Position numbers and translations under genes: made by a program
Notes under the pieces: generated by a model
Seen by the model: the letters and a program-made list of their open reading frames with translations, nothing else
Database searches by the model: none
What the model was told of the DNA's origin: nothing
Shown here: piece after piece, positions 9,722 through 17,276 of the stretch
Position numbering within the stretch: position 1 is the first letter of the stretch
Layout of the letters: every line of letters begins with the position of its first letter
Virus record (IMG/VR): IMGVR_UViG_3300025120_000032
Strand: one strand, 5' to 3'
Source: an uncultured virus (IMG/VR IMGVR_UViG_3300025120_000032)
Taxonomy: Duplodnaviria; Heunggongvirae; Uroviricota; Caudoviricetes
DNA: 20,000 nt

Positions 9722-10780
9722 TTAACTTCTTAACAGTTTCTGAAATTCGCTGTTTACTTGAGATACAACATTAGGTTTAAATATGTTTATTCTACGCAAG
9801 GTGTCATTAGATTCGATAAGACGATCCAGATATGTAACTGGAGTATGACTTACAAACGCTGTTCTGTTTTCTACACCACCACCAGAAACTATAGTTAAAT
9901 CAGATTCTTCGCCATTTGCATTATTATAGTGATGAGGAGCATTATACTGATCAAGATTACTATGTATTATTAAACTTCGAACAGTATCATCATCCCATAG
10001 CAACACATTTGGTTGATTACGTTGAGAGTAAATGGTTGTGCTGTTAGGAAGACTAAAACTTGAAAGTACTGAGGTTGCTGTAGCCTGTGTTCCATTTGCA
10101 ATGTTAGGTTCTGATATAATAACTCTGGGAGCACTTGTGTATCCTTCACCACCTGTTGTGACTGCTATAGATTGTATTGTTTCTGAAACCTTGACTTCAC
10201 TACCATCCAAATAGGTCATAATTGCTTGCACAGTTGCACCTGTTCCACCACCCCCAGATAGGGTTATAGTAGGTGGTGAGGTGTAACCAGTGCCACCATT
10301 AGTCAGAGATATTGACCTAACATCAATAATAGGCTTCACTGTTATCTGTCCAAGATCATAGTTCTTCTCTATAATCTTCCCTTTGAACACTGTGCCAAAC
10401 TCATCAGAGTTAACACGATCCGCAACAAGATCTCCAATGTAAAACTCTCCATGCATTGCCGCTGTAGATTTTAATATTCTATTAGGATAATATACTTTAG
10501 CAAGATCATTTATTTTATAATTGTCCTGAGGCCAACCTTGTATACGCAACTTTTCATTTAACAAAAAGAAGGTCCAATACAAATCAACATTGCCATATAA
10601 CTCATATGAAAGAATATCAGGTCTTGATGCATCATCAATATAATACTCTTCATAAAACGTTGCGTCATCTGCTATCTGATCGACAAGATCTATGTAAGCA
10701 GTTAAGTTTTGAAATGCTGTATCAGAAGTCTCTGTTCCAAAATTATAATCAACAACTGGAAAGTTTCTAAAAAATGCCAT
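9722..10780 (-). CDS. gp53: Baseplate wedge subunit gp53 with an internal GGxGYTSxP repeat insertion
   Basis: MAFFRNFPVVDY...YYIDDASRPDILSYELYGNVDLYWTFFLLN..WP (LysM-like) and C-terminal NDTLRRINIFKP. Start taken at the ATG at 10780. Confidence 0.9.
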   Translation of the reverse strand: MAFFRNFPVVDYNFGTETSDTAFQNLTAYIDLVDQIADDATFYEEYYIDDASRPDILSYELYGNVDLYWTFFLLNEKLRIQGWPQDNYKINDLAKVYYPNRILKSTAAMHGEFYIGDLVADRVNSDEFGTVFKGKIIEKNYDLGQITVKPIIDVRSISLTNGGTGYTSPPTITLSGGGGTGATVQAIMTYLDGSEVKVSETIQSIAVTTGGEGYTSAPRVIISEPNIANGTQATATSVLSSFSLPNSTTIYSQRNQPNVLLWDDDTVRSLIIHSNLDQYNAPHHYNNANGEESDLTIVSGGGVENRTAFVSHTPVTYLDRLIESNDTLRRINIFKPNVVSQVNSEFQKLLRS

Positions 10781-10781
10781 G

Positions 10782-11801
10782 TTAAAATCCCGTCCCAAAC
10801 GTATAATCTTCACCAAGTGCGGCGGCTTCTTCTATAATATCTCTTTTGGTCAAAGGTCTTTCTTCAACAAAGTTTAGTGACACATCAGTTTCTTGGAAGT
10901 TACCGTCTTTATGAAACGCCATCCCTGTTGCGTTATAAACAACATCAACACCTTGTAAAAAGCATGGCAATATTCTTGTAGCAACTTTCTTCTTATCATA
11001 AAATAAATTTATTTTAAATTTACTAGGAAATCTAAGTGCCGCTTCTAGTACATCGTCAGATGTGTCAGGATACATTTCTTCTCTAAAAAACTGAACTATT
11101 CTTTTTACTTCTTCTGCTTCTTCCGCTGAAGTTGGTATCATTTTAAATGTAAATCTAAACTGTCTTATACCAATACCTTTTAAAGTAGATCGTCTATTAG
11201 GGTTTATGGCTATACCAGTTTCTGTTTCTATCGCACCTTGTAATTCGGGGCTTATCTTACTTGCTAATCTAAGTCCAGCAACTTGAGCGGCTTCACTTTT
11301 CAAACCTTTATTAAAAGCTTCTTGTATAGAAGAAAAATCAGGGAGAAGATTTCCAGCCATTGCTTTAGCAATAGCTCCACCAGATCTACCAGCCGCTATT
11401 GCCTCTGCCGCACCACGACCAACAATGCCAAGATCTATTCCAGTATATTCAACAGTATCTTGGAACTGTAATGCTTGTGGTAAATATAGAGAAGCCTTAC
11501 GCCCAGCACCAATACGTGGTGGAAGGTTTCCTCTTACAGTTTTTTGCACACCCGTAAAAGAGTTTTGTTGTGCTAATTTATTAGGATCAGCATTAGCATC
11601 TGGACGTGGTAAGCTTTTTTGAACTACATTTGCACCTTCAACTAGCCCGTTAAACACTGTCTCAGGTAAAGTTCTATACGCTTCTTGAACTGCTTCGAAA
11701 GTGATACGTCCTTTATATCCATCATCTTCTAATGGAAATTTAAAACTGCTTTTAGCCAGTTCTTTATTGCCAGTAGCACCATAGCGTTTGTAATATGCCA
11801 T
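10782..11801 (-). CDS. gp48: Baseplate tail tube cap gp48
   Basis: LYLPQALQFQDTVEY, INPN...RQFRFTFKMIP.SAEEAEEVKRIVQFFR..MYP, and ETDVSLNFVE..LTK. Confidence 0.88.
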   Translation of the reverse strand: MAYYKRYGATGNKELAKSSFKFPLEDDGYKGRITFEAVQEAYRTLPETVFNGLVEGANVVQKSLPRPDANADPNKLAQQNSFTGVQKTVRGNLPPRIGAGRKASLYLPQALQFQDTVEYTGIDLGIVGRGAAEAIAAGRSGGAIAKAMAGNLLPDFSSIQEAFNKGLKSEAAQVAGLRLASKISPELQGAIETETGIAINPNRRSTLKGIGIRQFRFTFKMIPTSAEEAEEVKRIVQFFREEMYPDTSDDVLEAALRFPSKFKINLFYDKKKVATRILPCFLQGVDVVYNATGMAFHKDGNFQETDVSLNFVEERPLTKRDIIEEAAALGEDYTFGTGF

Positions 11802-11812
11802 TATCGATCCTT

Positions 11813-11820
11813 GATAAATA
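11813..11820 (+). promoter_or_regulatory. Late-promoter variant for gp4
   Basis: GATAAATA (7/8 match to TATAAATA) 30 nt upstream of the gp4 ATG. Confidence 0.45.
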
Positions 11821-11834
11821 TAAAAAGTTACTAT

Positions 11835-11842
11835 TATTTATA
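11835..11842 (-). promoter_or_regulatory. T4-type late promoter for the gp48 baseplate operon
   Basis: Exact TATAAATA on the minus strand in the divergent intergenic region. Confidence 0.78.
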
Positions 11843-11850
11843 AGGTATTT

Positions 11851-12342
11851 ATGGCATATTCAGGAACCTATAGGGTTAAAAACCGCACCAAATATAGTGG
11901 TGCAGTCGATAAAGTAGTCTTCAGATCTCTTTGGGAGAGAAATGCTTTTAAATGGTGTGACGATAGTAGTGAGATTGTTGCGTGGTCTTCCGAAGAAGTT
12001 GTCATTCCTTACTTCTATGAGGTAGATAAGAAGTACCATAGATACTTCATGGACTTAAAACTTACCTATAAGAATGGTAAGACAATACTAGTTGAGATCA
12101 AACCAAACAAAGAAACATCACCTCCAAAGTTTAATGGCAAGAAGTCTAAACGTTATATTACTGAAGGTATGACCTATGTAAAGAATATGAACAAATGGGC
12201 GGCGGCTCAGAACTATGCCGCTGATCGTGGTTGGGGATTTCAGATATGGACTGAGAATGAACTTAGTGCCATGGGTATCTTACCTAAACCTAGAAAAAAG
12301 ATAGTTCCGTTAAAACCATTAAGAAAACCTAAGAAAAAATAA
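11851..12342 (+). CDS. gp4: Head completion nuclease gp4
   Basis: MAYSGTY..KN..KY.G....VVFRSLWE...WCD..W.SEEVVIPY..HRYFMD..LVEIKP..KW.AA (TnsA-like PD-(D/E)xK). Confidence 0.93.
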   Translation: MAYSGTYRVKNRTKYSGAVDKVVFRSLWERNAFKWCDDSSEIVAWSSEEVVIPYFYEVDKKYHRYFMDLKLTYKNGKTILVEIKPNKETSPPKFNGKKSKRYITEGMTYVKNMNKWAAAQNYAADRGWGFQIWTENELSAMGILPKPRKKIVPLKPLRKPKKK

Positions 12343-12373
12343 CATACTCACCCAACTCAATGACCTCTCTTTA

Positions 12374-12402
12374 ATTATATACACATAATTATGATTCGTC
12401 AA
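12374..12402 (-). promoter_or_regulatory. Sigma70-type (early) promoter pointing antisense into gp4
   Basis: TTGACG-aatcataattatgtgta (17 nt)-TATAAT; the first 14 nt are identical to the gp32 promoter. Confidence 0.75.
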
Positions 12403-12415
12403 CCCCTAAAATAGA

Positions 12416-12423
12416 TATAAATA
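12416..12423 (+). promoter_or_regulatory. T4-type late promoter for the gp2 operon
   Basis: Exact TATAAATA ending 5 nt before the gp2 ATG. Confidence 0.8.
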
Positions 12424-12428
12424 ACAAC

Positions 12429-13013
12429 ATGGCTAACTTATTTAAGAACTTAGAAATAGAAGCATTCAGAGCGGGTATCACCCCTAGAACAAAAGAGTCT
12501 AGGGAATGGTTCCGTAAACGCTTATCCAGTATGGGTAGGATAAATCAAAAAGAACTTATGACCTCAGACTCAGTAAAGCTTGCTAACAAGCAACTTGTAG
12601 GGTCTATGCAGATGTTCTACTATCAAGCAAAGCATAGAGACAAGCTTCCTTACTTCGATGCCTTTCCTTTAGTGATTGTTCTTGGTCCAGCGGAAAAGGG
12701 ATTTCTAGGAATGAACTTACATTATCTTCCACCACCATTGAGAGCAAAGTTCTTAGATGCTCTTATGGATATAACTACTAATACAAAATATAATGAGTCC
12801 ACACGCTTTGATGTTACATACGATATGCTAAAGGGTGCCGCTAAATACAAATACTTTAAGCCATGTGTTAAACATTATCTAACAGCACAGGTTAGAAGTA
12901 AGTTTGCTAGGATACCAGCACCTGAGTGGGAAATCGCAACCTTCTTACCGACTGCTAGTTGGCAGGGTGGTTCTGCTTCACAAGTGTATAAAGACTCTAA
13001 GGGAATGATTTAA
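12429..13013 (+). CDS. gp2: DNA end protector protein gp2
   Basis: SREWFR, MFYYQAKHRDKLPYFDAFPLV, GFLGMNLHYLPP.LR, KPCVKHYL, WEIATFLPT. Confidence 0.93.
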   Translation: MANLFKNLEIEAFRAGITPRTKESREWFRKRLSSMGRINQKELMTSDSVKLANKQLVGSMQMFYYQAKHRDKLPYFDAFPLVIVLGPAEKGFLGMNLHYLPPPLRAKFLDALMDITTNTKYNESTRFDVTYDMLKGAAKYKYFKPCVKHYLTAQVRSKFARIPAPEWEIATFLPTASWQGGSASQVYKDSKGMI

Positions 13014-13732
13014 TGTCCAGCATTGACCAGTTAAAAAGTTTAGTATCCAGAAAAGATGGTATAGCACGTCCAAACGTGTTCAGAGTAAAGTTCCCATCTA
13101 TCCCCGGTGCTACCTCAGAAGAAGTAAATCTTCTCTGTAAGGACGTTGTACTCCCCGGTAAGCAGATTATAACCAATGAACGTAGAATTGGTATGCAGAC
13201 GCACAAGGTTCCGTATGGGTATGGTGTCTCAGATATCTCTATGACATTTCATGTGCTAAACGATTATGGCATCAGAAAATACTTTGATGTATGGCAAAGC
13301 CTTGCTATAGATCAGGATGGACAAACCGCTGGATATCTTAGAGGTAGAGAAGGTTACGGAAAACAGATTGTTATTGAACAGTTAAAGAAGGGCATAGGTC
13401 TTCCTATCTATTCTACACCACTTGGCATTCCAAAACTACCTTCAGAAATACAGAATAGACTGCCTAAGTTTGGTCCTATTGATCTTGCCCAAGGTCAGTT
13501 TGACTTAGACTTTGTAACAGGGGATGATGTAATATACTCATGCACATTGTTTGATGCATTCCCTACCACAATGAATGACATTACCTTAAACAGTGAAATG
13601 GATGGTGTAGTAGAATTGAACGTACAACTATCATATACAAAATGGATTCCGAATGAAGTCGAATCCGCTAACAATATTGAGAAGTTCTTAATGACCCAAA
13701 TTGGAACAGCAATAGGAAAGATATTTAATTAA
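13013..13732 (+). CDS. gp54: Tail tube initiator / gp19-fold protein (gp54-like)
   Basis: GIARPNVFRV, LLCKDVVLPG, KVPY, ISMTF..RKYFDVWQ, LFDAFPT..ITL, LNVQLSY; lies between gp2 and gp26. Confidence 0.75.
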   Translation: MSSIDQLKSLVSRKDGIARPNVFRVKFPSIPGATSEEVNLLCKDVVLPGKQIITNERRIGMQTHKVPYGYGVSDISMTFHVLNDYGIRKYFDVWQSLAIDQDGQTAGYLRGREGYGKQIVIEQLKKGIGLPIYSTPLGIPKLPSEIQNRLPKFGPIDLAQGQFDLDFVTGDDVIYSCTLFDAFPTTMNDITLNSEMDGVVELNVQLSYTKWIPNEVESANNIEKFLMTQIGTAIGKIFN

Positions 13733-13746
13733 AGGATTGAATTGAG

Positions 13747-14454
13747 ATGGCACTACCTAAACTAAATGATAAACCAAAGTATGAACTTGTTATACCTTCG
13801 ACACAACAAAAAGTTAGATTTAGACCTTATCTTGTAAGAGAAGAAAAGGTTTTAATGATGGCAATGGAAAGTGAAGATCAGACACAAATGTTTGAAGCCA
13901 TTGCTGATACCATTGAAGCCTGTGTTGATGATGAAATAAACAAAACGGCACTGACTAGTTTTGATGTAGAATATATGTTTGTTAAGATTAGATCAAAGTC
14001 TGTAGGAGAAAATATAAAACTCACACCTAAGTGTGGAGAATGTGAAGCAGAAAACGAGGTAGAGATCCCACTTGACGATATAACTATAACTTTACCTGTT
14101 ACAGATTTGATGATTAAGTTAACTGATGATATAAGCATTAAGATGAAGTATCCATCGTATGTTGAAATATTAGATAAAGAAATTTTGAATGCGGAGTCTG
14201 CTACAAAACAAACATTTGGTATGATTTTAAAATGTATTGAATCTGTTATGACTGAAGATGAGAATATGATGTTTAAAGAAGAAACAAATAAATCTCAAAT
14301 GGATTTTATTGAGTCTTTAAGTTCTACGCAGTTTGATGAGATACGAAAGTTTATTGAAGGAATACCGCAAGTAAGTTATGATGCATCATATGAATGTGTT
14401 GGATGTAAACATAATAACGAAGTCATGTTGAGAGGCATGAATGATTTTTTTTAG
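13747..14454 (+). CDS. gp26: Baseplate hub assembly protein gp26
   Basis: MALPKL..PKYELVIPST..KVRFRPYLVREEKVLMMA, FDVEYMFVKIRSKSVGE, two CxxC pairs, ending GMNDFF. Confidence 0.92.
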   Translation: MALPKLNDKPKYELVIPSTQQKVRFRPYLVREEKVLMMAMESEDQTQMFEAIADTIEACVDDEINKTALTSFDVEYMFVKIRSKSVGENIKLTPKCGECEAENEVEIPLDDITITLPVTDLMIKLTDDISIKMKYPSYVEILDKEILNAESATKQTFGMILKCIESVMTEDENMMFKEETNKSQMDFIESLSSTQFDEIRKFIEGIPQVSYDASYECVGCKHNNEVMLRGMNDFF

Positions 14455-14645
14455 TATCTCTTTCTCATGATAACCTAGTTAACTATTATCAAGTTAACTT
14501 TCAGTTAATGCAGAACCATAATTATTCGTTAGAAGACGTTGAAAATATGATGCCATGGGAAAGAGAAATATATTTAGCTATGTTAATTGAACAAATAAAA
14601 GAACAACAAAGAGAAGCTGAAAGGCAAAGGATGACTAATGGCTGA
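14445..14645 (+). CDS. gp51: gp51-like baseplate hub assembly catalyst frame, absent from the ORF track and probably reached by a -1 frameshift from gp26
   Basis: The -1 frame reads FFLVSLSHDNLVNYYQVNFQLMQNHNYSLEDVENMMPWEREIYLAMLIEQIKEQQREAERQRMTNG*, containing the marine T4-like gp51 motif NF.LMQ.H.YSL..ENM.PWER. A TGA at 14442-14444 bounds it upstream. The first ATG is at 14508. Confidence 0.85.
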   Translation, partial: FFLVSLSHDNLVNYYQVNFQLMQNHNYSLEDVENMMPWEREIYLAMLIEQIKEQQREAERQRMTNG

Positions 14646-16206
14646 TACTAATTTCAATGATGTTGTAAAAGCAATAAAAGAGCAAAATTCATCACAGTTG
14701 GATACTACTAATTCTATAAATGCACTTAATGATACTATGCGAGAACAGTTTAAACTTCAGGCTCGTGGTAAAAAAGATGAAGAAGAAGATAGAAAAGAAA
14801 GTAAAAAGGCTGGTAGGCAAAGCAAAAGTGGAAGTAGCTCTGGAGTATTAGGATCATTTAAAGATGGTGCTGGATTTGGTGCAGGGTTTGGTATAGCTGG
14901 TATGTTAGGTAAAATGGCTGGAGCCGCTGGAAGACTTATAAAGCCTATAGTAATGGCTGGACGTTTGTTACTAGGACCAGTTGGCTTGACTTTAATGGCG
15001 GCTTATGTTCTATTTAAAAACATTGCAGAAAACGAAAACTTTAAAGCTACTCTCGCCGTTCTTTCAGAAACATGGACAAAGTTAAAAACAGCATTCACTG
15101 ATTTAATAAGTGTATTTTCGGCGGCTAGTGAAAATGAGGGGCTAAACACACTCATAGAAAATGTAAAGAATTTTATCCCAAGCTTTATAAAAAATGTGCA
15201 AGATATTGTACTAGATATAGCGGCAACACTTGCTGAATCTATATCAGGAGTAATAGACACGATCAGAGCGTTAATAGAAGGAGATTTTAAAGGTGCTTTT
15301 GACTCAATCTGGAATGTTATTAAAGGTATCGGAGATTTTATAACAAGAACAGTAGATAATATTATACAAATGTTTTTACCGACAACAGAAGATGGTTTTA
15401 TTTCCAAGAAGTTTTTTGAGGTTTTTGATATGGTTGCAAACATATTTGATAATGTTAAAGCCAAATTAATAGAAGGTGTAACACTTGTAGGAGATAATAT
15501 CTTATTGGCTTGGGAAGCAGTCACTAATTTCTTTTCAGATGAATCAATTCGTGGAGCCTTTGCCTATGTTAAGGATGGTATTTGGAATAAGATCACATCT
15601 TTTACAACAATGTTAGTGGATGGTTTCAAAAATGCTTTTTCACTATTAACATTTGAAAATCTTGTTGCTGGAGTATTAGGTGCTGGAAAAGGTTTATCAG
15701 ATATATTATGGTTCCCTATTAATACTGTTATTGATTGGATAAGTAAAAAGTTTGGATGGAGTGATGAAGATGCACCTAAGTTTAACTTAGCTGATAAAAT
15801 AGGTGAATGGGTCACAGCGTTTGGAAAATGGTTTGGAAGCTTCTTACCTGATATAGGACAAATAGCCAGAGACTTAACTGCAAAATTATTAGGGTTTTTA
15901 CCTGATTGGGTGGTTAAAGGAATGATTAAAATGAATGGCGGCGATCCTGACTTATTTACAGTAAAGGATGGTGCGATTAATAAAAAAATCGTAGTTGAGA
16001 CCCCGCCTCGTAATCCTTACGCAGAATTAATGGGAGATCCCAGATTTAAAGGCATAGGAACTTCAAACTATGTTGTGGATACTTCGACAAACTCTGGAGA
16101 CAATATCTCTATAACAAATGTAGCACCGCAAATGATACCTTCTATGTCGGCAGTAGATCAAAAGATTTTGAACCAACAAAATATAAGAGCTTTCGGTTTT
16201 TACTAA
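14638..16206 (+). CDS. Tape measure / baseplate hub protein (positional analogue of gp29)
   Basis: 522 aa with an N-terminal coiled coil, a Gly/Ala-rich hydrophobic segment and long amphipathic helices with periodic W/F; follows gp26-gp51. Confidence 0.65.
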   Translation: MADTNFNDVVKAIKEQNSSQLDTTNSINALNDTMREQFKLQARGKKDEEEDRKESKKAGRQSKSGSSSGVLGSFKDGAGFGAGFGIAGMLGKMAGAAGRLIKPIVMAGRLLLGPVGLTLMAAYVLFKNIAENENFKATLAVLSETWTKLKTAFTDLISVFSAASENEGLNTLIENVKNFIPSFIKNVQDIVLDIAATLAESISGVIDTIRALIEGDFKGAFDSIWNVIKGIGDFITRTVDNIIQMFLPTTEDGFISKKFFEVFDMVANIFDNVKAKLIEGVTLVGDNILLAWEAVTNFFSDESIRGAFAYVKDGIWNKITSFTTMLVDGFKNAFSLLTFENLVAGVLGAGKGLSDILWFPINTVIDWISKKFGWSDEDAPKFNLADKIGEWVTAFGKWFGSFLPDIGQIARDLTAKLLGFLPDWVVKGMIKMNGGDPDLFTVKDGAINKKIVVETPPRNPYAELMGDPRFKGIGTSNYVVDTSTNSGDNISITNVAPQMIPSMSAVDQKILNQQNIRAFGFY

Positions 16207-16235
16207 AAAAGGATGACCATTTCTGATCATCCTTT
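16205..16235. terminator. Intrinsic terminator between convergent genes; strong U-tail on the minus (gp32) strand and possibly bidirectional
   Basis: Hairpin AAAGGATGAcCA-TTTC-TGaTCATCCTTT preceded by an A6 run. Confidence 0.75.
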
Positions 16236-16272
16236 CTAAACAAAGCTCCTCGGCGTTAGCTGGTGGCCTCGT

Positions 16273-17190
16273 TTAATCTTCTGCGGCTAGTTTCGCAAAG
16301 TACTGCATCGTATCATCTTCTTCCATAGATGACTCTGCCGTTGCCGTAACTGGTGCTGGTGCAGATGTAGCAACTGGTGCCGCTTTAGTATTCGGCTCAC
16401 CCCATGGAATATTATTAGCCAAATCTTCTGCCTGTTTCCTTGTAGAAGGTGAAGACTCTCCAAGAACAATAGCCAAACGAGATTTCAACTCATCATAGGA
16501 CTTATAGTTCTTTGGATCTGTCCACTCAGACATATCGTGTTGCTTGTTATAGATGGCCTCTAGATCATCATCAGTGCCAGCCATTGCTGACGGTGCCTTG
16601 AATGAAGAAGCATCATAGTTAACGTAACCTTCAACCTTACGGATCTTTACTGTAAAGTCAGCACCCTTCCACATATCAAATGGATTGATAGGTGCTTCAT
16701 CAGGAAACTGTGGTTGCATTGTATCCATGATCTTATCAAAGATCTTCTTACCAAAACGATACAACTTAACTTGTCCTTCGTTCTCAGGGTTAGAAGGATC
16801 AGATAGGATCTGAATGTTTGCCATGTAACGTAAGTTACGCTTACGATCACGCACTGTAGACTTAGCCTCATCAGAGCCATCTTCATTCCACAAACGTGAG
16901 TTTGCTTCTGCCAATGGATCAGGCATACCAATAGAAGTAAGAGACTTCTCTACATACCACTGGCCTGTTGGTCCTTTAAAGAAGTGATCCCAATAGCGAA
17001 CCCAAGGAGTAGGCGCATCAGCCGACCCCGGAAGGAAACGAATAACAGCATAGCCGTTACCAGCTTTATCTCTGGAAGGTTGCCACAATCGTTCATCGTT
17101 ACGATTGTCTGTTTTCTGTTCACCGCCTGATGCGGCTTGTACCATAGCCGACAAATCTGTGCGGCGTGTTTTTAGTTCTGCGAATGACAT
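16273..17190 (-). CDS. gp32: Single-stranded DNA-binding protein gp32
   Basis: DERLWQP..DKAGNGYAVIRFLP, HFFKGPTGQWYVEKSLT, NEGQVKLYRFGKKIFDKI, NPFDMW.GADF..KIRKV; acidic tail ending YFAKLAAED. Confidence 0.96.
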   Translation of the reverse strand: MSFAELKTRRTDLSAMVQAASGGEQKTDNRNDERLWQPSRDKAGNGYAVIRFLPGSADAPTPWVRYWDHFFKGPTGQWYVEKSLTSIGMPDPLAEANSRLWNEDGSDEAKSTVRDRKRNLRYMANIQILSDPSNPENEGQVKLYRFGKKIFDKIMDTMQPQFPDEAPINPFDMWKGADFTVKIRKVEGYVNYDASSFKAPSAMAGTDDDLEAIYNKQHDMSEWTDPKNYKSYDELKSRLAIVLGESSPSTRKQAEDLANNIPWGEPNTKAAPVATSAPAPVTATAESSMEEDDTMQYFAKLAAED

Positions 17191-17247
17191 TTATTATTCC
17201 TTTGTATATTAATGTATGTCTTTGTATTTTGTGTTATCCACCTAATC

Positions 17248-17276
17248 ATTATATAATAGTATTTATGATTCGTCAA
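17248..17276 (-). promoter_or_regulatory. Sigma70-type promoter of gp32, with a late-like CATAAATA (17260-17267) nested in the spacer
   Basis: TTGACG-aatcataaatactatta (17 nt)-TATAAT. Confidence 0.8.

Noticed and set aside
10781..10816. Track start for gp53 at 10816
   Set aside because: The ATG at 10780 directly follows the gp48 stop and gives the typical M.xF..FP...Y start.
1550..11622. Short ORFs overlapping baseplate genes (1550, 2105, 3333, 3485, 5968, 6587, 6881, 9970, 10032, 11283, 11425)
   Set aside because: These are antisense or out-of-frame shadows of well-supported genes, with no recognisable motifs.
17234..17242. DnaA-box-like TTATCCACC
   Set aside because: A single 8/9 match with no cluster, and T4-like phages do not use DnaA.
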